From positions 32,001 to 96,000 of the forward strand of contig CAVTHK010000003.1 in the NCBI GenBank assembly GCA_963734495.1: a stretch of 64,000 bases of DNA. Direction: 5' to 3'. Under the pieces are notes generated by a model, which saw only the letters and a program-made list of their open reading frames with translations, was not told where the DNA came from and searched no databases. Numbering within the stretch: position 1 is the stretch's first letter; every line of letters begins with the position of its first letter. The position numbers were made by a program, and so were the translations under genes. This document shows, piece after piece, positions 26,802 through 37,680 of this stretch. The DNA comes from an uncultured Spirochaetota bacterium (GTDB lineage: Bacteria; Spirochaetota; Spirochaetia; SZUA-6; CAVTHK01).

Positions 26802-27901
26802 GGGCTGCTCCGGTCGCGGTGGTACGGGTCCAGCACGTCGCGCAGGAGATCGCCGAGGAAGTTGAAGGAGAGCGTCACGAGCAGCAGGAAGAGCCCCGGG
26901 AGCAGGAACCACGGAAAGCTCTGCAGGTTGCTCACCGAGGTGATCTCGCGGTTCAGGAGCGAGCCCCACGACACGGCCGGGTCGACGATGCCGAGGCCGA
27001 GGTAGGAGAGCACGGTCTCGCCGAGGATGAAGCCCGGTATCCCGAGAGTGACGCTCACGATGAGGATGGAGGACATCTGCGGGACGATCTGGCGAAAGAT
27101 GATCGCGAGCGCGGGGATGCCCTCGAGGCGCGCCTCTTCGATAAAGTCCTCGCGCTTGATGGAGTGGACCATGCCGCGGACGAGCCGCGCGCTCCCCGGC
27201 CAGCCCACGAAGGACAGGATCACCGTGATGACGAGAAAGGACTGCCCGGGGTCCATCTCGCGCGACAGGATCGACCGCAGGAACAGGATCATGTACAGAC
27301 CCGGAACGAGGATGAAGAACTCCGCGACCCGCATGATCACCCAGTCGACGCGTCCGCCGTAATAGCCGGCCAGGCCGCCGAAGAGGATCGCGAGCGAGAG
27401 CGAGATCGCGATGCCCACCAGGCCGATCGTGAGCGAGACCCGCGAGCCGTAGAGCACGCGGCTGAAGAGGTCGCGCCCGAGGCCGTCCGCGCCGAAGACG
27501 AACACCGGCCGGTTGCGGCCCCCCCGTTCCCAGCCCGGCCCTCCCGGCCCGTACGGCTCGTTGATGCCGAACAGGTGCAGGTCCGACGGGATCAGGCCCC
27601 AGAGCCGGTAGCTCGGGCCGTGCACGAAGAAGCTCACGGGGCGGTAGGAGCCGGCGACCGGCAGGTAGCGCCAGTTCGCCTGGTCGACCAGCGCCCACTC
27701 CTGCACCTGCGGCCGCAGCCCCAGCTGCCGGGAGTAGAGCCGGAGCGACGGCGGATGGTAGCTCGAGTCCCTGAACGCGGTGCCCGCCCCGTAAGGGGCG
27801 AGGAACTCCGCAAACAGCATCGTCGCGTACAGCAGGCAGAGCACCGCGAGCGACGCGAGCGCGATGGGCCTCCCGGCGAGCGCGCGCGGCAGGCGTTTCA
27901 C
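26798..27901 (-). CDS. Oligopeptide ABC transporter permease (OppC-like)
   Basis: GADGLGRDLFSRVLYGSRVSL, EAA loop FIEEARLEG. Confidence 0.92.
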   Translation of the reverse strand: MKRLPRALAGRPIALASLAVLCLLYATMLFAEFLAPYGAGTAFRDSSYHPPSLRLYSRQLGLRPQVQEWALVDQANWRYLPVAGSYRPVSFFVHGPSYRLWGLIPSDLHLFGINEPYGPGGPGWERGGRNRPVFVFGADGLGRDLFSRVLYGSRVSLTIGLVGIAISLSLAILFGGLAGYYGGRVDWVIMRVAEFFILVPGLYMILFLRSILSREMDPGQSFLVITVILSFVGWPGSARLVRGMVHSIKREDFIEEARLEGIPALAIIFRQIVPQMSSILIVSVTLGIPGFILGETVLSYLGLGIVDPAVSWGSLLNREITSVSNLQSFPWFLLPGLFLLLVTLSFNFLGDLLRDVLDPYHRDRSSP

Positions 27902-28950
27902 CGGCGACCGTACCTGATGCGCGGGTCGACCAGCGCCAGCGTGACGTCGGCCGCGACCATCCCGAGGAGGATCAGGAAGCTGATGAACATGACGTTCGCG
28001 AGCACCAGGTTCACGTCCTCCTGTCTCACGGCCTCGTACATCAGGCGGCCGATTCCCGGGTAGGAGAAGATGATCTCGAGGATGAGCGAGCCCGAAAAGA
28101 GGCCCGCGAGCAGGTTGGCGCTGCCTGTGATGTACGGGTTGAGCGCGTTGCGGAACGCGTGCGCGAAAGTGATGCGGCCCTCGCCCACGCCCCGCGAGCG
28201 GATCGAGGTGACGTAGGGCTGACCGAGCTGGTCCAGCATCGTGGCGCGGATCATCCTCATCGTCCCCCCGATGCCGCCGAGAAAGGCCCCGAGGACGGGC
28301 AGCGCGATGTGGTGGAGGTAGGAGCCGACGAAGCGCAGCGGGGCCTCCCGGTACGGGAAGTCGGGCCAGGCCGTGACCGGGAAGAGCCCGGTCGCGGCCG
28401 CGAACAGCTGGAGGAGGATCAGCAGCAGGATCCCGGGAAACGCGTGGAGCGTGAGCGAGACGAACGCCGCGACCGTGTCGACGCGGGTGCCCGCCCGGGT
28501 CGAGAGGGCGATGCCGATGGCGAACGAGACGACCGTCAGGAAGAGGAGCTCGATGACGTTGAGGACGAGCGAGTTCAGCATGCGCTGGCGGATCAGGAAC
28601 AGGATCGGCGCCCGGGAGATGAGCGACCGGCCGAGGTCGTGCTCGACGAAGACCTGGTGCAGCCAGCGGAAGTACTGGGCGTAAAAGGGCAGGTCGAGCC
28701 CGAGCCGGTGCTTCGCCTCGGCGACGGCTTCGGCGCTGTACACGTTGTCGCGCGTGCGGAAGCCCGGCTCCATCATCATCTGGCCGCGGACGTAGCTCTC
28801 CACGACGTCGCCGGGGGCGAGCTTCATCAGGCCGAAGACCGCCAGGCCGAGGAAGAAGAGCATGAGGGCCATGGACGCGACGCGGCCGGCCACGAACGCG
28901 GCGAGGGGGTGCCGCCGCTGCAGGGCCGCCAGGAGACCGCGGGCCGTCAT
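27898..28950 (-). CDS. Oligopeptide ABC transporter permease (OppB-like)
   Basis: LGLDLPFYAQY, YVTSIRSRG, HAFRNAL, E.IFSYPGIG. Confidence 0.92.
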   Translation of the reverse strand: MTARGLLAALQRRHPLAAFVAGRVASMALMLFFLGLAVFGLMKLAPGDVVESYVRGQMMMEPGFRTRDNVYSAEAVAEAKHRLGLDLPFYAQYFRWLHQVFVEHDLGRSLISRAPILFLIRQRMLNSLVLNVIELLFLTVVSFAIGIALSTRAGTRVDTVAAFVSLTLHAFPGILLLILLQLFAAATGLFPVTAWPDFPYREAPLRFVGSYLHHIALPVLGAFLGGIGGTMRMIRATMLDQLGQPYVTSIRSRGVGEGRITFAHAFRNALNPYITGSANLLAGLFSGSLILEIIFSYPGIGRLMYEAVRQEDVNLVLANVMFISFLILLGMVAADVTLALVDPRIRYGRR

Positions 28951-30833
28951 GGCTTGAGGAACACGTAGGTGCTGTCGAGCCCGTTGAGTGTGTCGTAGAA
29001 CACGTTGTCCCATTTGTTGCGCACGGCCGCGAACTGCAGCGGGTGCACGATGTAGATCACGGGGAGCTGCTCGAGCAGCAGCCGCTGGTACTCGTCGTAG
29101 ATCTTCTTCTGCCTGTCCCTGTCGAGCGTAAAACGGCCCTCGTTGTACAGGGCGTCGACGCGCGCCTCCCAGTCGGTGGCCGGCTTGTCCTGCAGCGGCC
29201 GCCAGACGTGGAAGTTGCCGCTCGACTGCCAGACGTTGCTCCCGCCGTCCGGCCAGTAGTTGGACCCGAGAGACACGCTCACGCACTGCCAGTCGTAGGT
29301 GCTGATCAGCATCTCGACCAGCTTCTGAAAATCGATCGGCTTCACGTGCGCCGTGATGCCGACCTGGGCGAGCTCGTCGGCGAACACGCTGGCCACGTCG
29401 ATCGAGACGTTGTTCTCGGCCGCGACGTCGATCTCGAACTCGATGGGGTTTCCCTCGGCGTCGGCCATCCTGCCGCGGGCATCGGGCCTGATGCCGATGT
29501 CCGCCAGCAGCCTGCGGGCGCGCGGCGGGTCGTAGGTGTACGGCAGGCGGATGCTCTCGTCGTAAAAGGGATTCGGCCTGGCGAAGAAATGGTGGGCGGG
29601 CACCGCGAGCCCGCGGTAGACCTGCGCGACGATGCGCTCCCGGTCGAGGAGCGAGCTCATGGCCTGGCGGAACTTGGTCTGGCTGAACCACCGGTAGCGC
29701 ACGGGGTCCATGTGGGCGGGGTTCTGGTTGAAGGTGAAGAAGGCGCTCCCCAGGCTCTCGCCCCCGTTGTACACCGTGTAGTCGGGGTTCTTCGCGTCGA
29801 GGAGCTCCCTGAGCTCCTCGGCGCGCACGTCGTAGCTGTCGCGGTTGCCCTGCTTGAACAGCAGGTACTCGGTGTTCTTGTCGGGCACGATCCTCACGAT
29901 CACGGTGTCGACGTAGGGGTAGCCGTTTCCGTTCTCGTCCTTCTTCCAGTAGTTGGGGTTGCGCTTGAGGACCACGCGCTGGCCCGGCGTGTACTCGACG
30001 ACGTGGAACCTCCCGATCGAGGGGATCGTCCCGGGGTCGGTGTCGACGGAAAGCAGGTCGAGCATCCCCTGGACGCCCTTTGCCTTCTTGGCCGGCTCGT
30101 ACAGGTAGCGCGGCCCGAACTCCATGTTTGTCTGCAGCACGGGGTTGCTCACGATCCGCGGGAATCGGAACGCGAACCGCCGCGCGTCCAGCTTCTCGAT
30201 CTCGATCCGCCTGCGGCTGCCGTCCGGCATGTCGACGAACTGGCCGGCGTAGCCCGGCTGCTGCGCGGCCCGGTCGCCTTCGACCTCGTTGTACCAGAAC
30301 ACCACGTCGTCGCTCGTGACCTTGACTCCCTGGCGGCGGCCCTGGCCCGGCGTGGTCCAGTACAGGTCGTCCCTCAAGGTGTAGATCACGGAAAGCCGGC
30401 CGGCGGACTGGTCCGCCGCGACCTCGAACGAAGCGAGGTCAGGCTTGAACGTGCGGGTGTAGGGGTCGTAGTCGGCCAGCGTATCGAACAGGGCGTCGAT
30501 GACGCCGCGGGTCTCGCTGTCGCGGGCGGTGAGCGTGTTGAAAGTCTTGGGGTCGTTCGTGATCGAGGTGAGCCACGTGCCGCCCACCTTCCCGGCCTTG
30601 AACGCCTGTCCGCCGGGCTTCCTGACCGTCTTTGCGAGCACCTCGTCCCGAGCCTTCGAGCGAAGGGCTTCGGCCTCGCCGCGGGAAAGCTCGCGCCTCG
30701 GCGCGCAGCCGGCGAGGACCACCGAAAGACCGACCCCCAGCGCGACGAGAGCGTCTCTCAGCTCGGGAGTCCGGAGGACGATCCTGTCTCTTCCGGTCGT
30801 CTTTCCGGGCTGGATGAGCGCTCTTCCCTGCAT
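28947..30833 (-). CDS. ABC transporter substrate-binding lipoprotein, family 5
   Basis: Lipobox LAGC, DPKTFN, VTSDDVVF, LKRNPNYW, FRQAMS; start uncertain. Confidence 0.9.
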   Translation of the reverse strand: MQGRALIQPGKTTGRDRIVLRTPELRDALVALGVGLSVVLAGCAPRRELSRGEAEALRSKARDEVLAKTVRKPGGQAFKAGKVGGTWLTSITNDPKTFNTLTARDSETRGVIDALFDTLADYDPYTRTFKPDLASFEVAADQSAGRLSVIYTLRDDLYWTTPGQGRRQGVKVTSDDVVFWYNEVEGDRAAQQPGYAGQFVDMPDGSRRRIEIEKLDARRFAFRFPRIVSNPVLQTNMEFGPRYLYEPAKKAKGVQGMLDLLSVDTDPGTIPSIGRFHVVEYTPGQRVVLKRNPNYWKKDENGNGYPYVDTVIVRIVPDKNTEYLLFKQGNRDSYDVRAEELRELLDAKNPDYTVYNGGESLGSAFFTFNQNPAHMDPVRYRWFSQTKFRQAMSSLLDRERIVAQVYRGLAVPAHHFFARPNPFYDESIRLPYTYDPPRARRLLADIGIRPDARGRMADAEGNPIEFEIDVAAENNVSIDVASVFADELAQVGITAHVKPIDFQKLVEMLISTYDWQCVSVSLGSNYWPDGGSNVWQSSGNFHVWRPLQDKPATDWEARVDALYNEGRFTLDRDRQKKIYDEYQRLLLEQLPVIYIVHPLQFAAVRNKWDNVFYDTLNGLDSTYVFLKP

Positions 30834-30939
30834 GGATCCCGTCCCCGTCCGCCGCTGCTCAATCGCTCGGTCCGTCACCTGGCGAGCGCCTCGTCGGTTT
30901 TGTTGCCAATATAACAAAAAGGTCCTAAAGTGGCGCGGA

Positions 30940-32031
30940 GTGACCCACTTCAAGGAAGGCGGCGGGATCGCGCGGCAGCGCGTGGAGGCCTGGTGGTCGG
31001 GCGAGGTGCTCGACCGGGCGCCGCTGCTCGTCACCGCGCCCCGCGCGGGCGCCCGCGGCTACGAGGGGCCCGACTCCGAAGACCTGCACCGATACTTCAC
31101 GGACCCCGCCCTCGTTCTCGCGCGGCTGCGACACCAGCTCGAGTCCACGTGGTGGGGCGGAGAGGCCTTCCCCGTCGTCTTTCCGGTTTCGGTGGCGCTC
31201 GTCGGCATCCTCAGCAAATTCCTCGGCGCCCCCAACCGCTATCTCACCAGGCACACCGCGTGGTCGAGCCCGATCATCGACGACTGGAAGCATCGGCGGA
31301 GCCTGCGCGTGGACCCCGACAACGAGTGGCTGCGCATCGCGCGGGGGCTGCTCGAAGCCGCCGCGGAATGGGCGCGGGCCGGAGGGCTCGACTGCGCCAT
31401 CGGGCTCCCGGATCTCAACGGCCCGACCGAGATCCTCGCCGAGCTGCGCGGCGCCGAACGGCTCGCGCTCGATTTCTACGACCACCCCGAGGAGATCAGG
31501 CCCGCGCTCGAGGAGATCAATGCCGCGTGGCTCGACTGCTGGCGCAGCCTGAGCGCGATCTGCCACCGCCTGGGGGGCTGGTTCTTCTGGATGCGCATCT
31601 GGTCCGAGCGGCCCGCGATCGACCTGCAGTCCGACGTCTCCTGCCTCCTGTCGCGCGAGCACTTCGACGCGTATTTCCTCCCGTTCATCGAGCAGCAGAC
31701 CCGGTGGGCCGAGCGCACCGTCTATCACCTGGACGGTCCCGGCGCGATCCGCCACCTCGATTCGCTGCTGGCGCTGCCGCGCCTCACGGCGATCCAGTGG
31801 GTCCCGGGCGCGGGCGCCGCGCCGGCCGCGGCCTGGGTCCCCCTGGCGCGGCGGATCCTCGCCGCCGGCAAGCGGCTGACGCTCGCGTGCCGCCCCGGTG
31901 AGGTCGAAGAGCTGCTGAGCGAGCTCGGGCCGGAGGGCCTCCTGCTCTCCACCGAATGCGCGAGCGAGGATGAGGGACGCGCGCTCCTCGCGCGCCTGCG
32001 CGGCGGAAACGCGGGCCCCGGGCGGGTGTGA
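30940..32031 (+). CDS. URO-D/methylcobamide methyltransferase-like protein
   Basis: R.EAWW.GEVLDR, LRG.E.LALD..D.PE, LQSDVSC..S, YHLDGPGA..HLD, IQWVPG. Confidence 0.75.
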   Translation: MTHFKEGGGIARQRVEAWWSGEVLDRAPLLVTAPRAGARGYEGPDSEDLHRYFTDPALVLARLRHQLESTWWGGEAFPVVFPVSVALVGILSKFLGAPNRYLTRHTAWSSPIIDDWKHRRSLRVDPDNEWLRIARGLLEAAAEWARAGGLDCAIGLPDLNGPTEILAELRGAERLALDFYDHPEEIRPALEEINAAWLDCWRSLSAICHRLGGWFFWMRIWSERPAIDLQSDVSCLLSREHFDAYFLPFIEQQTRWAERTVYHLDGPGAIRHLDSLLALPRLTAIQWVPGAGAAPAAAWVPLARRILAAGKRLTLACRPGEVEELLSELGPEGLLLSTECASEDEGRALLARLRGGNAGPGRV

Positions 32032-32061
32032 GCGGGACGACATCGCGAAGGAAAAAATTGC

Positions 32062-32090
32062 TTGACCGCAGGAACGGGCCATGATAGCGT
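32062..32090 (+). promoter_or_regulatory. sigma70-type promoter for the RRM gene
   Basis: TTGACC-17-TAGCGT with extended -10 TG and an upstream A-tract. Confidence 0.6.
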
Positions 32091-32346
32091 CCGGCAATAC
32101 CTCAAGTTGAGGCGTATCGATCTGGCTTTCGGTCTGCTGAATTCGAAAATTTCCCCCTGCCTGGGCAGCGTCGAGCTCTCAGATGCCGTGGCCGGTCTGG
32201 CCGCGGTCGCGCAAGCACAAGGATCGTCTGTCTCCGCGTGTCTTCCCTGACCCTGCCCCTCTCAACAGCCGCCGAATTGCTCTCACCGTTCTCGAGGAGG
32301 CCATAAGCACGGCTTTCGAGGCCGTGATATGGAAAGGAGTAGGGAC

Positions 32347-32646
32347 ATGGGCAACAGGATTTACGTCGGCAACATGAACTACGCGACGACCGAAGACGAG
32401 CTGCGGGACCTGTTCGCGCAGTACGGCGAAGTCAAGCGCGTGACGATCGTCACCGACAAGGTGACCGGTCGGCCCAGGGGCTTCGCGTTCGTCGAGATGT
32501 CGAGCGACGATCAGGCTTCGGCCGCGATCGCGGGCCTGAACAACTCGCAGTTCGCCGGCCGGCAGCTGCGCATCGACGCCGCGCAGGAGCGGCCGCGCAG
32601 GGGCGGCGGCGGCGGCGGCGGCGATCGAGGCGACTACGCCCGATAG
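32347..32646 (+). CDS. RNA-binding protein (RRM, Gly-rich tail)
   Basis: RNP2 IYVGNM, RNP1 RGFAFVEM; RBS AAGGAG. Confidence 0.95.
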   Translation: MGNRIYVGNMNYATTEDELRDLFAQYGEVKRVTIVTDKVTGRPRGFAFVEMSSDDQASAAIAGLNNSQFAGRQLRIDAAQERPRRGGGGGGGDRGDYAR

Positions 32647-32838
32647 CTGAACGCCGGGGCGCCGGCGCTCGTCGCGGCCGGCGCCCCCTTCTTCCGCAAT
32701 CCCCTCCCCGGGAGACCGGGGTCCCCCCTGCCCGGAAAGCCTGTATTCGACGCACCTCCGCAGATCGTACGTTCCCCATGACCTGGCGAACCCCCCGAGT
32801 ACAGGGGGTCTACGAGACGCCAAGTCTGAGGGGGAACC

Positions 32839-33751
32839 ATGGCAGCAAGCGCTCTGAGCGAGCTTTCGAAGGCAATGGCGGACGCGGTCGAGCGGGCGGC
32901 TCCGGCCACCGTCCTCGTGGACGGCCGCGACGGCTATCCCGCGAGCGGCGTCCTGTACGGGCCGGGCCTGGTGCTCACGGCGGACCACGTCGTCGAGCGC
33001 GACGAAGGCATCCGCGTGATGCTGGGCGATCGCAGAGAGGCCTCGGGCAAGGTGGCCGGCCGCGACCCGACGCGCGACCTCGCGCTCGTGCGCCTGGCCG
33101 AAGCCGCCGGACAGGCCGCCGGCGTGGCGCCCGAGGCGCCGCGCGTCGGCGAGCTGGTGCTGGCCCTCGGCAGGCCGACGGACGAGGGCATCCAGGCAAG
33201 CGTCGGCGTGGTGGGCATCACGGGCGGCCGCTACCAGGGCTGGCGCGGCGGCTCGGTCGAGGGCGTGATGCGGACGGACGCGGCGCGGTTTCCCGGCTTC
33301 TCCGGCGGGCCGCTCATCGACGTCGAGGGACGGGTCGTGGGCGTGAACACCTTCGGCTTCCGGTTCGGCTCCTCGCTGACCATCCCCGTCGCGTCGGCGT
33401 GGGAGATCGCGTCGCGGCTCGAGCAGGGGCGCGGCGTGCGCCGCGGCTATCTCGGCATACGGAGCCAGCCCGTCGAGGTGCCGGAGAGCGTTTCCCTCGG
33501 CCGCAGGCAGGAGACCGGCCTGCTCATCATCGGGCTCGAGAAGGCGAAGCCCCGCCGATCGCGCGGGCCTGATGGTGGGCGACCTGATCGTGGGCCTCGG
33601 CGGGGAGCCCACGCCCGACCACCAGTCGCTGGTCTCGAAGCTCAACGCGGACCTCGCGGACAAGGAGATCAAAATTGAAGTCGTGCGCGCGGGCAGGGTC
33701 GAGACGATCGCCGTGACGCCCGGCGCTGCGACCGGACCGAGGCGGCGATGA
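32839..33751 (+). CDS. S1C trypsin-like serine protease with PDZ domain (frameshift ~33550)
   Basis: LTADH, DLAL, PGFSGGP triad; RRGYLGI PDZ start. Confidence 0.85.
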
Positions 33752-34363
33752 TCGCCGCCTCCCGCGACCTGTCGCTGCTCGCGGCCTCGCTCTGCCGCGG
33801 CGTGGTGGTGGTGCGCACGTCCGCGGGCGCCGCGGGGGCGGGGATCGCGTGGGACGGGCTGGTGCTCACCAACCGCCACGTGGTCACCCGCGGAGAGCCC
33901 GTGGTTATCTTGGAGGACGGGACGGAGATGGAGGCGCGCATCGAGATCGTGGACGAGGCCCGTGACCTGGCGCTGCTCCGCGCCGCGGGGCCGGACGGCT
34001 TTCCTCCGATCGCCCTGCCGCGCGCCGCGCCCGGCGCGGTTCGCGTGGGCGAGCCAGTGCGTCGCGATCGGGCACCCCTGGGGCAGCCCGGGCGTCGTCA
34101 CGATCGGCGTCGTCAGCGGGCTCGTGCGCGCCGACTCGGCCGCCGGACCGATCACGCTGATCCGCACGGACGCCGTGCTCGCGCCCGGCAACTCGGGCGG
34201 CCCGCTCGCGAATCTCCGCGGCGAGCTGGTGGGCGTAAACACGATGGTCGCGGCAGGGCGGCCAGGGTCTCGCGATCCCCGTGTGGGAAGCGGAACGGCT
34301 CCTCGGCCGCGCGCGATCCGCGCGCGCGCTGAGCCGGCTCCGGCCGAGGAGATGCTCGTCTGA
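33748..34363 (+). CDS. Trypsin-like serine protease (frameshifted)
   Basis: LTNRH, DLAL, then AIGHPWG and PGNSGGP in the second frame. Confidence 0.8.
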
Positions 34364-34980
34364 TCCGCGTCGGCCTGGTGGCAGCCAGCCTCGCCGTGCG
34401 CGCCGGCCTCCACGTGCTCGTCGCGGAGCGCCGCAGGATCGAGGTCACCGGCGAAGCGGCGTCGTTCGCGGAGGCTGCCGACCTGGTGCGGCGGTGCGAC
34501 GTCCTGCTCGCCGCCGATCCGGGCGCGCCGGTCCCGGCGGACGCGCTCGCCGGGCTCGAGCCGCCGCCCGCGCTGCTCGTGCTGGCGCGCGGCCCCGCGG
34601 ACGTCGCGCCGCTGCTCGAGCTGCCGCCGCGCGCCCTGCGCGCCTGGGGCGCGGTCGGGCTGGACGCGCCGGCCGCCGAGCTGCGCGCCGCCGTGGCGGC
34701 GCTGGCCGAAGGCCTGAACGTGGCCCCGCGGCCGCTGCTGCAGGGGCTGCTGCGCCGCCCGCGCGCGGCCGACGGCCCCGCCGCGCGCCTCACGCCGCGC
34801 GAGGTCGAGGTGCTCGGCCTCCTCGCCGAAGGCCTCGCCAACAAGCAGATCGGCGCCGAGCTCGGCATCAGCGACCACACCGTCAAGTTCCACGTCGCCT
34901 CCATCTACGCGAAGCTCGAGGCCGCCAACCGCATCGAGGCAGTGCAGGCCGGGCTGCGGCAGGGCCTCTTGAGCGTCTGA
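34360..34980 (+). CDS. NarL/LuxR-family response regulator
   Basis: LTPREVEVL.LLAEGLANKQI...L.ISDHTVKFHV; degenerate receiver; start uncertain. Confidence 0.88.
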   Translation: MIRVGLVAASLAVRAGLHVLVAERRRIEVTGEAASFAEAADLVRRCDVLLAADPGAPVPADALAGLEPPPALLVLARGPADVAPLLELPPRALRAWGAVGLDAPAAELRAAVAALAEGLNVAPRPLLQGLLRRPRAADGPAARLTPREVEVLGLLAEGLANKQIGAELGISDHTVKFHVASIYAKLEAANRIEAVQAGLRQGLLSV

Positions 34981-35047
34981 AAGGCGCGACCCGACTTGAC
35001 GACGGCGTCGCGACGGCCGGCGATCGGGGCAGGATGCTCGAAGGGAG

Positions 35048-37616
35048 GTGACGCGGGCGAGCGAGCGACGAACCGGGCGCTGCGCGTGATCGGCCCCGCG
35101 GTGGGACTGGGCTCTTCGCGGCGGCCGTCGCGGTCCTTCACCGCGAGCTGCGCTCCTTCCAGATCGCGCAGATCACGGCGGCCCTCGGGACGGTCCCGCG
35201 GCGGCCGGGTCCTGCTGGCCTGTGCCGCGGCGGCCGCGAGCTACCTGGCGGCCGCCCTCTTCGACGCGCTCGCCATGCTGTCCGTAGGCAGGAGGCTCGG
35301 TTTCGCCAGGGTGGCGTTGGCCTCGTTCATCGCGACCTGCTTCAGCAACAGCATGGGCTTCGGCCTGCTCACGGGCGGCTCCGTGCGCTATCGGCTGTAC
35401 TCGTCCTGGGACCTGTCGCTCGCGGAGATCGCCCGGGTCCTGCTCTTTTTCTCCAGTCACGCTCTGGCTCGGTTTCCTCGCGCTGACCGGCGCCGTCTTC
35501 ACCTTCGAGCCCCTGGCGCTTCCGCCCGGGCGTGAAGCTCCCGTTCGCCGCGGCGAGGCCCCTCGGCATCGTCTTTCTCGCCCTCGCCGCGGGATACCTT
35601 CCCCTTGCTCTCCTGGTCAGGAAGCCGCTGCGCGTCGGCGGCCTGGAGATCTCCCTTCCCTCGGCCCGCTTCTACCCCTTCCAGCTCGGCGCCTCGATCG
35701 CCGAGTGGGCGCTGGCCGGCGCCACGCTCTATGCGCTCCTGCCGCGCTCGATGGGGCTGTCCTTCGCCGCGTTTCTCGGCATCTACCTCCTCGCGCTCAC
35801 GGCCGGGATGCTGAGCCAGGTGCCCGGCGGGCTGGGCGTCTTCGACACGATCCTGCTGCTGCTTCTCTCCGGGCGCGCCGACGTGCCGAGCATCCTCGCG
35901 GCGCTCACGTTGTACCGCGTGGTCTACTACCTGGCGCCGCTGGGAATAGCGGCGCTCTCGCTCGCGCTGTACGAGCTGCTGCACAGGCGGGAGACCGCGG
36001 CGCGGGCGGCGCGCTTTTTCAGCCGGTGGAGCGCGACCATCGTGCCGCCGTTCCTCTCGCTGGCCACGCTGTTCGCCGGCGCCGTGCTCCTGTTTTCGGG
36101 CGCGACCCCAGCGGTCAGGGACCGGATGCGGCTTCTGGGCCGGCTCGTTCCTCTCCCCGTCATCGAGGGATCCCACTTTCTCGGAAGCCTGGCGGGCCTC
36201 GGCCTCCTGCTGCTCGCGCGCGGGCTCCAGCGCCGCGTGGACGCGGCGTACGTGGCGGCGGCGATCCTCCTGGCCGCCGGGATGGTCTTCTCGCTGCTCA
36301 AGGGCTTCGACTACGAAGAGGCCGCGATCATGGGGATCGTCCTCCTCGCGCTGCTGCCGTCGCGGCGGCATTTCTACCGGGTGTCCACGCTCTCGAGCCG
36401 GACGTTCAGCCCCGCGTGGATCGCGGCGGTGGCGGCCGTCGTGGCCGGGACCGTCTGGCTCACGCTGTACTCGCACAGGCATCTGGAAGTCTCGCAGCAG
36501 CTCTGGTGGCGGTTCACGCTGCGCGGAGACGCGCCGCGCTCTCTGCGCGCGCTCACCGGCGTCGTCGTGACCCTCATCGTGTCGGCGGTGTGGGTGCTGC
36601 TGCGGCCGGGGCCGTCGTACCCGGAGCCGCGGCCCGTGGATTGGGGGCTGATCGAGGGCGCGGTGCGCGCGTCGCCGCGGGCGCTGGCCAGCCTCGCGTT
36701 TCTGGGCGACAAGCGGTTCCTGCTCTCCCCCGCGGGCGATGCCTTCATCATGTACGGGGTGGCGGGGGCGTACGTCAGCATGGGCGACCCGGTGGGGCCC
36801 GAAGAAAGGTGGCGCGATCTGGCCTGGGAGCTCCGCGCGCTCGCGGACCGTCACGGCGCGCCGGTCGCTTTCTACGAGGTGGGGGCCTCGAGCCTGCCCT
36901 TGTACCTGGACCTCGGGCTCACGGCCATGAAGATCGGCGAGGAGGCCCGCGTGGCTCTTCCGGGCTTCACCCTCGAGGGCGCCGAGCGCAGGGGGCTGCG
37001 CTACGTCGTGAACAGGCTCGAGCGGGACGGCTGCTCGTTCCAGGTCGCGCCGCGCGAGGGAACACGGCAGCTGCTCCCGGAGCTCGCGCCGGTTTCGAGC
37101 GCATGGCTGGCGGCGAAGCGGATACGGGAACGGGCGTTTTCGCTGGGCAGCTTCCGCGAGGACTACCTCGCCCGGTTCCCGGTGGCCGTCGCGCGGCAGG
37201 GGGAACGGGCCGTCGCTTTCGCGACCATCTGGGCGTGGGACAACAGGGAGGAGGCATCGGTCGACCTCATGCGCCACGTTTCGGACGCGCCCAACGGCAT
37301 CATGGACTACCTCTTCGCGAAGCTCATGCTGTGGGCCCGCGAGCAGGGCTACCGGTGGTTCAACCTGGGCATGGCGCCCTTCGCGGGTCTCGAAGAGCAC
37401 CCGCTGGCGCCTTTCTGGAGCCGGGCCGGAGCCTTCCTCTTCAGGCACGGCGAGCAGTTCTACAATTTCCAGGGCCTGCGGCAGTACAAGGAGAAGTTCG
37501 GCCCCGAGTGGGCTCCAAGGTATCTCGCGGCCACCGGAGGGATGGCGCTGCCCGCCGTGCTCACCGGGCTGGCCACGCTTTCCGCAGGCGGGGTCGCCGG
37601 CGTCGTCAGGCGCTGA
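35048..37616 (+). CDS. mprF: Bifunctional aminoacyl-phosphatidylglycerol flippase/synthetase (5' part frameshifted)
   Basis: GGSVRYRLYS.WD, VPGGLGVF, GDK, GDPVG, K.GEEA, VDLMR, LGMAP, FYNFQGLRQYKEKF.P.W.PRY. Confidence 0.92.
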
Positions 37617-37680
37617 TATAAAGGGTCCTCCTGGCGGCGCGCGTGCGCGTGCGCTATCCTGCTCCGAGGGGGTGCGGGCC

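Noticed and set aside
24930-34893. Long alternative-frame and antisense ORFs (e.g. 24930-27698, 29043-30914, 32179-34893)
   Set aside because: Shadow ORFs expected in very high-GC DNA; they overlap well-supported genes and lack their own motifs
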